Source: Malacoraja senta (Eukaryota). From it: a DNA stretch of 64,000 bases. The notes under the pieces are model-generated. The model searched no databases. It was not told the origin of the DNA and saw only the letters and a program-made list of their open reading frames with translations. Location of the stretch: positions 8,992,001 to 9,056,000 of the forward strand of contig CM075997.1 in NCBI GenBank assembly GCA_038087875.1. Direction: 5' to 3'. Below, one piece after another: positions 37,961-50,030 of the stretch (positions are counted from its first letter, which is position 1; the number at the start of each line of letters is the position of its first letter). The translations under genes and the position numbers were made by a program.

Positions 37961-40900
37961 GCCACAGTTCACTAATTCACAACTGCTGGAACTACAGTTC
38001 ACTCACTCACGGCTGCTGGAGCCACAGATCACTCACTGAAGGCTGCTGGAGCTAGAGTTCACTCAATCACGGCGGCTCGAGCGACTGTTCACTCACTCAC
38101 GGCTGCTCGAGACACATTTCATTCACTCACGTATGCTGGACCCACAGTTCACTCACTCACGGCTGCTGGAACGGCAGTTAACTCACTCACGTCTGGTGGG
38201 ATGGCAGTTCACTCACTCACGGCTGGTGGGCTCACAGTTCACTCACTCACGGCTGGAGGACTAACAGTTCACCTACTCACGGCTGGTGGGCTTACATTTC
38301 AGTAACTCACGGCTGGTGTGCTCTGAGTTCACTCACTCGCGGCTGGTTGGCTCACGGTCACTCACGGCTGATGTACTCACAGTTCAGTCATTCACGGCTT
38401 AGGGGCTCAGCGTTCACTCGCTCACGGCTGGTGGGCTTACACTTCTCACTCACGGCTGGTGGGCTCACATTACGCTCACTCACGGCTGATGGGCTCACAG
38501 TTCACTCACTCACGGCTGGTGGGCTCACAGTCCACGAACTCACGGCTGGAGGACTCACAGTTCACTCACTCACCGCTGATGGGCTAACAGTTAACTCACT
38601 CACGGCTGGCGGGCTCATAGTTCACTCCATCACGGCTGGTAGGCTCACAGTTCACACACTCACGGCTGGTGGGCTCACAGTTCACTCACTCACGGCTGGA
38701 GGACTAACAGTTCACCCACTCACGGCTGGTGGGCTCTCATTTCAGTAACTCACGGCTGGTGTGCTCTGAGTTCACTCACTCACGGCTGGTTGGCTCACGG
38801 TCACTCACGGCTGATCTACTCACAGTTCAGTCATTCACGGCTTATGGGCTCAGCGTTCACTCGCTCACGGCTGGTGGGTTTACACTTCTCACTCACGGCT
38901 GGTGGGCTCACAGTACGCTCACTCACGGCTGATGGGCTCACATTTCACTCACTCACGGCTGGTGGGCTCAAAGTCCACTAACTCACGGCTGGTGGGCTCA
39001 CAGTTCATGCACTCACGGCTGGTGGGCTCAAAGTTCACTCACTCACGGCTGATGGGCTCACAGTTCACTCACACACCGCTGATGGGCTAACAGTTAACTC
39101 ACTCACGGCTGGCGGGCTCATAGTTCACTCCTTCACGGCTGGTGGGCTCACAGTTCACACACTCACGGCTGGTGGGCTCACAGTTCACTCACTCACGGCT
39201 GGAGGACTAACATTTCACCCACTCACGGCTGGTGGGCTCACATTTCAATAACTCACCGCTGGTGTGCTCTGAGTTCACTCACTCACGGCTGGTTGGCTCA
39301 CGGTCACTCACGGCTGATGTACTCCCAGTTCAGTCATTCACGGCTTATGGGCTCAGCGTTCACTCGCTCACGGCTAGTGGGCTTACACTTCTCACTCACG
39401 GCCGGTGGGCTCACATTACGCTCACTCACGGCTGATGGGCTCACAGTTCACTCACTCACGGCTGGTGGGCTCACATTTCACGAACTCACGGCTGGTGGGC
39501 TCACAGTTCATGCACTCACGGCTGGTGGGCTCAAAGTTCACTCACTCACGGCTGGTGGGCTCACAGTTCACTCACTCACCGCTGATGGGCTCACAGTTAA
39601 CTCACTCACGGCTGGCGGGCTCATAGTTCACTCCTTCACGGCTGGTGGGCTCACAATTCACACACTCACGGCTGGTGGGCTCACAGTTCACACACTCACG
39701 GCTGGTGTGCTCACAGTTCACTCACTCACGGCTGATGGGCTCACAGTTCACTCAGTCACTGCTGCTGGGCTTACAGTTCACTCACGGCTGATGGGCTCAG
39801 TTCACTCACTCACGACTGGTGGGCTCACAGTTCACTCACTAAAGGATGGTGGAGCCACAGTTCACTCAACCACGGCTGCTGGAGCCACAGTTCACTCACT
39901 CACGGCTGATGGAACCACAGTTCACTCACTCACGGCTGCTGGAGCCAGAGTTCACTCACTCACGGCTGCTGGAGCCAGAGTTCACTCAATCACGGTAGCT
40001 GGAGCGACAGTTCACTCACTCACGGCTGCTGGAGGCATATTTCATTCACTCACGCCTGCTGGAGCCACAGTTCACTCACTCACTGCTGCTGGAACGGCAG
40101 TTCACTTACTCACGGCTGGTGGGCTGGCAGTTCACTCACTCACGGCTGGAGGACTCACAGTTCACACACTCACGGCTGGTGGGCTCATAGGTACACTCAC
40201 TCACGTCTGGTGGGCTCAGAGTTCAGTCACTCACGGCTGGTTGGCTCACACTTCACTCACTCACGTCTGGTGGCCTCACAGGTCACACTCGCGGCTGGTG
40301 GGCTCACAGTTCTCACTCACGGCTGGTGTGCTCAATGTTCACTCACGCCTGGTGGGCTCACAGTTCACACTCACGGCTGGTTGGCTCACAGTTCACTCAC
40401 TCACTATTGGTCGTCTCACAGTTCACTCACTCACGGCTGGTTGCCTCACAGATCACTCACTCACGGCTGGTGGTCTCACAGTTCACTCACTCACGGCTGG
40501 TTGCCTCACAGTTCACTCCCTCACGGCTGGTGGAGCCACAGTTCACTCACCCACGACTGTTGATCAAGAATACATTCACTCACGGCTGGTTTCCTCATAG
40601 ATCACTCACTCACGGCTGGTGGACTCACAATTCACTCACTCACGGCTGGTGGCTCACAGACCACTCACTCACGGCTGGTGGGCTCACGTTGTCACTCACG
40701 GCAGGTGGGCTCATAGTTCACTCCTTCACGGCTGGTGTGCTCACAGTTCACTCCTTCACGGCTGGTGTGCTCACACTTCACTCCCTCACATCTGCTGGAG
40801 CCACAGTTCACTCACTCACGGATGCTGGAGCGACAGTTCACTCACTCACGGCTGCTGGAGCGACAGTTCACTCACTCACGGCTGCTGGAGCCACAGTTCA

Positions 40901-41222
40901 CTCAGTCACGGCTGCTGGAGCCAGTGTTCACTCATTCACGGCAGCTGGAGCAACAGTTCACTCAGTCACGGCTGCTTGAGACACATTTCATTCACTCACG
41001 CCTGCTGGACCCACAGTTCACTCACTCACGGCTGCTGGAACGGCAGTTCACTGACTCACGGCTGGTGGCCTCACAGTTCACTCACTCACGGCTGGTGGGC
41101 TCACATTTCTCACTCACGGCTGGTGGGCTCAGCGTTATCACTCACGAATGGTGGGTTCACATTTCACTCATTCACGGCTTGTGGGCTCACAGTTCTCACT
41201 CACGCCTGGTGGGCTCACAGTG
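37961..41222. repeat. ~3.3-kb 30-bp minisatellite (CTCACAGTTCACTCACTCACGGCTGGTGGG) with higher-order blocks
   Basis: Direct reading; roughly 110 units. Confidence 0.97.
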
Positions 41223-41231
41223 TGAACTAAG

Positions 41232-42545
41232 TGTGAAAGGCGGGAGAGAGAAAACAGTGAATTATAGAGCAGTTAGCCTGATATCGGTGGTGGGGAAGAT
41301 GCTGGAATCCATTACAAAAGACGAAATAGCCGCACATTTGGATAGCAGTAACAGGATCGGTCCGAGTCAGCATGGATTTACGAAAGGGAAATCGTGCTTG
41401 ACTAATCTTCTGGAATCTTTTTAGGTTATAACTAGCATAATGCAAAAGGGAGAGTCAGTGAATGTAGTGTACCCTGACTTTCAGAACGCATTTAATAAGG
41501 TGCCACATAGGAGATTAGTGGCCAATGAATAGTGGGGTACCGCAATGCTCGTTGCTGGCATCGCAGCTATTTACAAAATACTTCAATGATTTGGATGAAG
41601 TGATTCAAAGTAACATTAACAAATTAGCAGATGACACAAAGCTGGGTGACAGTGTGAACTGTGAAGAGGATGCTCTGAGAATGCAGGGTGACTTGGACAG
41701 ATTGGGGAAGTGGGCAGATGCATGGCAGATGAAGTTTAATGTGGATAAATGTGAGGTTATCCACTTTGGTAGCAAAAACAGAAAAGCAGATTACTCTCTA
41801 AATGGCGTCGTTGGGAAAAGGGGAACTACAACGGGATCTGTGGGGTCCTTATTCATCAGTCTATGGAAGTACGCATGTAGGTACAGCAGGCAGTGAACAA
41901 AGCGAATGGTGTGTTGGCTTATATAACAAGAGGAGTCGAGTATAGACGTCGTTCTGCAGTTGTACAGAGCCCTAGTGAGAACACAACTGGAGTATAGTGT
42001 GCAGTTCTGGCCCCCTAATTTGAGGAAGGATATTCTTGCTATTGAGGGAGTGCAGCGTAGGTTTACAAGGTTAATTCCCGGGATGGTGGGACTGCCATAT
42101 GCTGAGAGAATGGAGCGGCTGGGCTTGTACACTCTGGAGTTTAGAAGTTTGAGAGGGGATATCATTGAAACATATAAGATTGTTAAGGGTTTGAACACGC
42201 TGGAGGCAGGAAACATGTTCCCGATGTTGGGGGAGTCCAGAACCAGGGGCCACCGTTTAAGAATAACGTGTAAGCCATTTAGAACGGAGACGAGGAAACA
42301 CTTTTTCTCACAGAGAGTTGTGAGTCTGTGGAATTATGTGCTTTAGAGGGCGGTGGAGGCCGGTTTTCGGGATACTTTCAAGAGAGAGATAGATAGGGCT
42401 CTTAAAGATAGCGGTCAGAGGATATGGGGAGAAGGCAGGAACGGGGTACTGATTGGGGATGATCAGCCATGATCACATTGAATGGCGGTGCTGCCTCGAA
42501 GGGCGAATGGCCTACTCCTGCACCTGTTGTCTATTGTCTATTGTC
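41232..42545 (+). mobile_element. CR1-E LINE 3' half with (GTCTATT) tail
   Basis: NYRAVSLISVVGK, QHGF and LADD motifs; ORF 41960..42346; tail gtctattgtctattgtc. Confidence 0.9.
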
Positions 42546-42929
42546 TTTTGTGTATCCTTTCGTGTGATGCATTGTTGCCGGGGAGAATGTGTCCTATCGG
42601 AAACCAGTGGCAGGCTCGAAACCCAGTAAGTACAAAGTGAAGCTGTTCCCACATTTTCCTAGCCAAATTTGCGAAGGGACTATGATGACCGCACAACAAT
42701 CTTGACCTCAACGTCAATAAGGGAAGGAATTGATTATTGAATTTAGATGAGGAAGGCAAATGACCCACAAGCTTGGCTTTATCAACAGGTCGGTGGTAGA
42801 GAGACAGTGTAAGACAATTAGGTTCCTGCGCGTTTATATATCTGAGGATCTTCCCTGGAGACAACAGATACATTGAATAATTCAGTTAGCGCCTCTACCC
42901 TCTTCGATGATTGAGGAGATTTTGTATTT

Positions 42930-43472
42930 AAGAGGGAACTGCAGATGCTGGAAAAATCGCAGGTAGACAGAAATGCTGGAGGAACTCAGCGGGTGAGGCA
43001 ATATCTCAGCAGAGCAGGAATAGGCGACTTTTCGGGTCCAGACCCTTCTTCAAACTGATGTGGGTGGGCCGGGAAAATAAAGGAAGAGGCGGAGACGGTA
43101 TGCTAGTGAGAGAGCTGGAAAGGGGGAGGGGAAGGAGGGCGAAAGGAAGGACTGCCTGAAATTAGAGAAGTCAACGTTCATACCGCTGGGGTGCAAACTA
43201 CCCAAGCGAAATATTAGGTGCTGTTCCTCCAAATTGCGCTGGGCCTCACTCTGGCAATGGACAGAAAGGTCAGATTCGGAATGGGAGGGGGCGTTGAAGT
43301 GCTGAGCACCCGGAAGATCAGGTTGGTTAGTACGGACTGAGCGGAGCTGTTGGGCGTCTCAGTCACCGAGCCTGCGCTTGGTCTCCCCGATGTATAGAAA
43401 TTGACACCTGGTGCAGCAGATGCAGTAGATGAGGTTGGAGGAGGTGCAGGTGAACCTCTGCCTCACCTGGAA
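42930..43472 (-). mobile_element. Penelope-like element 3' part (GIY-YIG end and pLTR)
   Basis: EEQHLIFRLGSLHPSGMNVDFSNF (ORF 43050..43232); terminal ...CCAGCATCTGCAGTTCC; decayed hammerhead at ~43022-43057. Confidence 0.85.
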
Positions 43473-43599
43473 ATGTAGAATGTTTCTTTGTTAGCTGAGG
43501 AAGAGGCGACAACGAGGCATACAATCAGTAATATTTAATCAGGAGGACAATTGAACTAGTCGTAGAACAAGGATGGTGAAGGTACGGAGAGAGAGGGAA

Positions 43600-44140
43600 A
43601 CCAAAAGTTACTTGAAGTTAGAGAATCAATATTCATACCGGCCGGTTGTAAACTGCCCAAGCGAAATATGATGTGATTTTCCTCCAATTTGCGTCGGGCC
43701 ACAATCTGACAGCGGAGGAGGCACATGTCAGAAAATTCAGTATGAAAATGGGAGGAAAAATTGGGAGATTACTTACGGCTAGGTGGACTGAGCGGAGGTA
43801 TTCGGCGAAACTATCGCCGAGCCTGAGCTTGGTCAAGTCGATATATAGGAGTCCAAACCTGGAACAGCAGATACGGTGGATGAGGTTGCAGGAGGTGCAA
43901 GTGAAACTCTGCCTCACCTGAAAGAACTGTCGCGGTCCTTCGATGGACTTAGTGGAGAGGTATACGGACAGGTGTTGCAATTCCTGCGCTTGCATGGTAA
44001 AGTACCTGGGGAGGATATGATTCGAGTGATAAGAAACGCTTCAACAAGGGAGTTACGCAGGGAACAGTCTCTGCGGAAAACAGGAAAGGTTAGTGATTGG
44101 AAGTGGGAGCTGGCGAAAATGTCGGAGGATTATGCGCTGT
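43600..44140 (-). mobile_element. Older Penelope-like fragment (GIY-YIG region)
   Basis: FQVRQSFTCTSCNLIHRICCSRFGLLYI...LGDSFAEYLRS (ORF 43633..43995). Confidence 0.8.
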
Positions 44141-44249
44141 TTGCATCGACTGACTTCGGGCTACGGGTTACCGAAAGACGCGTGTGAGGACCTAGTTTAT
44201 GATGGGAGAGAGGATTCCCCGTTGGCTAAAGAATGAGTACATCTCGGAA

Positions 44250-44644
44250 GTCGACTGACATATAGTATAAACCCACTGATTCCCACAGCTATCTGGACTA
44301 CATTTTGCTCACCCTGCCTCCTGCAAATACTCAATTCCATTACTCTAATTCCTCCGCCTACGCTGCATCTGCGCCCAAGATGTAGTGTTCCTAACCAGGA
44401 CTTCCGAGATTTTCCGCTTCCGGCAGAGACCGTTCTTTCCGCATCTCCGTGGTTAACTCATCCTTTCACAGCCAAACCACCCCTCCCCAGATTCTTCCCC
44501 CTGTAACCTCATCTACTGTACATCCTCCCCTGACTCAGTCGACGTGCCCCGACAGTCCATTCATGTGAGACAGTGGTTCACCTGCAAACTCGTCTACCGT
44601 ATTCGCTGTTCTAGATGTGGACTCCCATATATATCGGCGAGACC
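44250..44644 (+). mobile_element. Penelope-like fragment (RT thumb to GIY-YIG start), resumes at 59058
   Basis: DI.YKPTDSHSYLDY, FLRLRCIC and CGLPY.GET motifs; TSD GAGACC at 44639-44644 and 59052-59057. Confidence 0.78.
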
Positions 44645-45316
44645 TTTACTCAGAGCTCCCGTGGATTTGGAAGCAACAGCAACAAAGAGAAGCAGGAGTA
44701 AACACTGATTGGCTCTTGCCCGAGTGGCAGGAGAGTTAGAAGTGAGTCAGAGGGGGAAAACAGTTGAAAAGGAGAGGCAAAGCACAGGCAGACTTTACTC
44801 AGAGCTCCCGTGGATTTGGAAGAAACAGCAACAAAGAGAAGCAGGAGAAAGCACTGATTGGCTCTAGCCCGAGTGGGGGGAGAGTTAGAAGTGAATCAGA
44901 GGGGGAAAACAGATGAAAACTGAGGAATTCGGTTTGTAAATTGGTAAATTAGGCAATTTATTAGTCAATGTAAGCAGTCCGGCTCTTAGGGAACGACAGT
45001 GAGGGAGCGGCCTTGTGAGGGAAGTGCCCTGTGAGAAACGTGTGAGTCTTTGACTCGAGAGTCTTCGGCGACGAGGCTGAGGAGAGGAGGCTACACAAAA
45101 CGCTATAGAGGGAGAGACGAAAGAAGTAGATGTCAGGCAAGTTGATTCAGTATGTGGGCGGTCAAGGAAACTGCTGGTGCCCCTGGCTGCTACAAATGTG
45201 AGAAGTGCATCCAGGTACAGCTCCTGAAGGGCCGTGTTGGGGAACTGGAGAAGCAAGTGGATGACCTCAGGTTCGTCCAAGAAACGGAGTCGTTCCTCGA
45301 CAAGTCCTACAGTAAG

Positions 45317-46173
45317 GTACACAAAAATGCTGGAGAAACTCAGCGGGTGCAGCAGCATCTATGGAGCGAAGGAAATAGGCAACGTTTCAGGCCGAAACCC
45401 TTCTTCAGACTGATAGGGGGTGGGAAGAAGAAAGCAAAAAAGGTAAAAAGGCGGAGGAGGAGCCCGAGGGCTGAGGGATGGGAGGAGACAACCAGAGGGC
45501 TGATGAAGGGGAGGAGACAGCAAGGGCTAGCAAAATTGGGAGAATTGAATGTTCATGCCCCCAGGATGTAGACTGCCCAAGCGGAATATGAGGTGCATGT
45601 CCTCCAATTTCCGGTGTTGTTCGCTGTGGCCATGGAGGAGACGCAGGACAGAGATGTCAGATACGGAGTGGGAGGGGGAGTTGAAGTGCTGAGCCACCGG
45701 TTGGTTATTGCGGACAGATAGGTTATTGCGGACAGACCGGAGGTGTTCGGCGACACGATCGCCAAGCCTCCGCTTGGTCTCACCGATGTAGATCAGCTGA
45801 CATCTAGAGCAGCGGATGCAATAGATGAGGTTGGAGGAGATGCAGGTGAACCTCTGTCGCTGTGGCCATCCGCTTGGGCAGTCTACATCCTGGGGGCATG
45901 AATATTGAATTCTCCCAATTTTGCTAGCCCTTGCTCTCACCTCCCCTTCATCAGCCCTCTGGTTGTCTCCTTCCATCCCTCAGCCCTCGGGCTCCTCCTC
46001 CGCCTTTTTCCCTTTTTTCCTTTCTTCTCCCCACCCCCTATCAGTGAAGAAGGGTTTCGGCCCGAAAGGTTGCCTATTTCCTTCGCTCCATAGACGCTGC
46101 TGCACCCGCTGCGTTTCTCCAGCATTTTTGTGTACCTTCGATTTTCCAGCATCTGCAGTTCCTTCTTTAACAC
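45317..46173. mobile_element. Penelope-like insertion with inverted pLTRs, 14-bp TSD AGTCCTACAGTAAG
   Basis: The minus arm 45317-45862 encodes the GIY-YIG region (NLIYCIRCSRCQLIYIGETKRRLGDR..EH). The plus arm 45862-46173 repeats its 3' part plus a ~37-nt tail. TSD at 45303-45316 and 46174-46187. Confidence 0.92.
45378..45412 (-). ncRNA. Minimal type I hammerhead ribozyme motif in a PLE pLTR
   Basis: CAGT-CTGAAGA-AGGGTTTCGGCCT-GAAAC-GTT-GCC: CUGAnGA, stem II, GAAAC and NUH with palindromic AACGTT. Confidence 0.65.
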
Positions 46174-47483
46174 AGTCCTACAGTAAGATTGTTACACTTA
46201 AGGAACTGGAAGAGAGAAGATGGGTGACCGTGAGAAACGGAGGGAAGCATGGAATGCAAACGTCCCCGGTTGTTGTGCCTCATGTGAACAGGGTCACCCA
46301 TTTAGAAGCTGTCGGAACAGAAGACGTTATTACACTGAGCGGCGGATTGGCTTGCGAAGCAAAAAGGGCTGTTGAGTCAAAACCAAAGAGGCCAACGTCA
46401 GGCAACGCCATTGTAGTTGGAGACTCCATTGTGAGAGGTACGGACAGGGGTTTCGGCGGCAACAGACGGGAATCGAGGATGGTGTGCTGCCTTCCTGGTG
46501 CCAGGATCCAGGATGTCACAGACAGAGTGCAGAAAATCCTCAAGGGCGAAGGTGAACAGCCGGAAGTGGTAGTGCATGTCGGCACAAACGATGTCGGAAA
46601 GAAGGCGATGAATATACTGCAGCGTGACTTTAGAGAGCTCGGAAAAATGCTGAAAGCAGGACATCCAGGGTTGTTATCTCTGGTTTGCTTCCGGTTCCTC
46701 GTGCTGGCGAGAGCAGGAACAGGGAGATACGGGACCTGAATGTGTGGCTGAGGAATTGGCGCGCGGGGCAGGGATTTAGATTCTTAGATCACTGGGATTT
46801 GTTTTGGAGTAAGGGGGAACTGTACAAAAGTGACGGGTTGCATCTTAAGAGGTGGGGGACCAGCATACTGACAGGCAGGTTTGCCACTGCTACACGGGTG
46901 GTTTTAAAATGAATACGGGAGGTGGGATGTCAAATGGGATAGTCGAGGATGGAGTTAAAGGGAAAGAGTGTAAAGGGGTGGTTAATGACCCCAGAATTAA
47001 CGGGAAAGAAAGCTCACAAACGGATAGGAGAGTATGGCCAAGTGTAATAGGGATCGATGTGAAAGGTGAGATGCGTAAGGAATTAAAATTATGTATATGA
47101 ATGCGCGAAGTATAAGAATAAGAAGTAAAGTAGATGAGCTTGAGGCTCAGTTAGAGGTTGGTAGATATGACATTGTGCGGATTACTGAGACGTGGCTGCA
47201 GGAGGATCTGTCCCGGGAACTTAATATTCAGGGTTATACATTCTATAGAAATGACAGGCTGGTAGGCAGAGGAGGGGGGGGGTAGCTCTGCTGGTGAGGA
47301 ATGGAATTCAGTCCCTTGTGAGGGAATACATAGGGACTGACGAGGTTGAATCACTGTGGATTCAGTTGAAGAATTGTAAAGGCAAGACGACACTAATTGG
47401 TGATATTTACTTCCTCCAAATAGTAGCCGGGATGTAGGGTGTAAGTTGCAGCACGAGTTAAAACTTGCATGTAACAAAGGTAA

Positions 47484-47576
47484 GGTACACAAAAATGCTG
47501 GAGAAACTCAGCGGGTGCAGCAGCATCTATGGAGCGAAGGAAATAAGCAACGTTTCGGGCCGAAACCCTTCTTCAG
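47484..47576 (-). mobile_element. 93-bp PLE-derived micro-insertion starting at the hammerhead core, 10-bp TSD ACAAAGGTAA
   Basis: The minus strand reads CTGAAGAAGGGTTTCGGCCCGAAACGTTGC...TTTTTGTGTACC. TSD at 47474-47483 and 47577-47586. Confidence 0.88.
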
Positions 47577-49307
47577 ACAAAGGTAATGCCACTGTAGTGA
47601 TGGTAGATTTCAATATGCCGGTATACTTGGAAAATCAGGTTAGTTCAGGACCCCAAGAAAGAGTGTTTGTAGAATGCCTCCGAGATGGATTCTTAGAGCA
47701 GCTTGTAATGGAGCCGACCAGAGAAAAGGCAATTCTGGATTTAGTGTTGTCCAATGAACCCGATTTGATAAGGGAACTCGAGCTATAGGAACCGCTTGGA
47801 GGTAGTGATCATAATATGATTATTTTTAATCTGCAATTTGAGAAGGAGAACGTTAAATCGGTAGTGGCAGTTATGCAGTTGAACAAAGGGGACTATGAAC
47901 GCATGAGAGGGGAGCTGGCCAAAGTAGACTGGAAAGGGGTCCTAGCAGGAATGACGGTGGAACAGCAATGGCAGAAATATCTGGGCATAATCCGGAAGAC
48001 GCAGGATGATTTCATTCCAAAACGATTGTAAGGGGAGTAGGAGGTAACCGTGGCTGACAAAAGAAGTTAGGGGTAGAATAAAACTAAAAGAAAATATGTA
48101 TAACACAGCAAAGAGTAGCCGGAAGCCAGGGGATTGGGACACTTTCATATGACAACAGGAGGAAACAAAACGGGCAATACGGGCTGAAAAGTTGAAGTAT
48201 GAAGGGAAGCTGGCCAGGAATATAAAAAAGGACAGCAAAAGCTTATTTACATATATTAAGGGGAAAATAGTAGCAAAGTCAAATGTGGGTCCCTTGAAGG
48301 CAGACACGGGTGAAATTATAATGGGCAACAAGAAAATTGCAGAAGAATTGAATAGGTACTTCGAATCTGTCTTCACTTAGGAAGACACAAACAATCTCCC
48401 AGGTACTGGAGGACAGAGGATCTAAGGGTGTAGAGGAACTGAAATAAATTTTCATTAGGCGAGAAATAGTATTGGGTAGGCTAATGGGACTGAAGGATGA
48501 TGAATCCCAGGGTCCTCAGGGAGGTGGCTCTAGACAGAGTGGACGCATTGATGATCATTTTCCAATGTTCTATAGATTCAGGATCAGTTCCTGTGGATTG
48601 GAGTATATCTAATGTTATCCCACTTTTGAAGAAAGGAGCGAGAGAGAAAACGGGGAATGACAGACCAGTTAGCCTGACTTCGGTGGTGGGAAAGATGCTG
48701 GAGTCAATTATTAAAGAGGTAATAAAGGGGCATTTGGATAGCAGTAAAAGGATTAGTCCAAGTCAACATGGATTGATGAAAGGGAAATCAAGCTTGACTA
48801 ACCTTCTGTAATTTTTTGAGGATGTGACAAGTAAAATGGATGAAGGGGTGCCAGTGGAAGTAGTGTATCTAGACTTTCAGAAAGCCTTTGATAAGGTCCC
48901 GCACGGGAGAATGGTGACTAAATATAGAGCACATGATATTGGGGGTAGGTGTTGACATGGATAGAACATTGGTTGGCAGACCGGAAGCAAAGAGTATGGG
49001 TTAACGGGTCCTTCTCAGAATGGCAGACAGTGGCGAGTGGAGTGCCGCAAGGCTCGGTGTTGGGGCCGCAACTGTTTACCATATATATTAATGATTTGGA
49101 AGTGGGAATTAGGAGCAACACTAGCAAGTTTGCAGATGACACAAAGCTGGGTGGCAGTGTGAACTGTGAAGAGGAAGTTAGGAGGTTGCAGGGTGACCTG
49201 GACAGGTTGAGTGAGTGGGCAGATGCGTGGCAGGTGTAGTATAATATAGATAAATGTGAGGTTATCCACCTTGGCGGCAAAAACAAGGGGGCAGATTATT
49301 ATCTCAA

Positions 49308-50030
49308 TTCAGATTCAGATTCAGATTCAGAAAACTTTATTGTCTGTCGTAACAGAACATCTTCTTTGGCGTGGCTCAACATACAAACAGGACAATGTAC
49401 TGATAAGCAGTCATACAACACAGATTTCTGCGAGCACACACCGTGTGTATAGACCTTAAAAGCAAGTATAAGGATTAAAAAACTGTAAAAATAAACAAGA
49501 TGAAAGTTGTGGATACGTGTAAAGTGACAGTGCGGCAGGGTTAATTTGTCCATTGTTCATTTTTTATTTAAGCTGTTTATGGCAATGGGTATGAATTAGT
49601 TTTTATGGATGTTGTTCTTAGATAGGGGGACTTTATATCGGCAGCCTGATGGCTGGAAGGACTTGAGCAGGGGGTGGGTGGGATCCTGTGTAATGAGGTT
49701 GGCTTTCCTTTTAACCGCCTTGGTGTGAAGTACTGATAATTGATTTTGAGTTTTGCCAGTTATATTGCTTGCTTGATTGATGATCCGGGAAAGCTTTGAT
49801 TTGTCTTTCACAGAGGTGAGGGTGAACCAGGATGTGATGTTAAAGGTGAGTCCAGATTCTATATGTGATTTATAGACAGCTGTTAAAATGTCCTGTCTGA
49901 CATCAAATCTCCTGAGTTTCCTCAGCAGGAACAGGCGTTGCTGTGCCTTCTTGTACACAGAGTCTGTGTGCTGGGAGAAGGACAGGCGGGTGTCAATCTC
50001 AGTGCCCAGGTATCTAAAGGCCTCTACCTG
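49308..50030 (-). mobile_element. Rex1/Babar-like LINE 3' fragment with (CTGAAT)n tail, inserted in CR1-C
   Basis: ORF 49596..49958: KKAQQRLFLLRKLRRF...ITSWF...DPTHPL...PSGCRYKVP; tail ttcagattcagattcagattcag. Confidence 0.88.

Noticed and set aside
42800..42928. Very degraded Rex1-like RT fragment (FL.VYISEDL.W)
   Set aside because: Too short and diverged to delimit with confidence.
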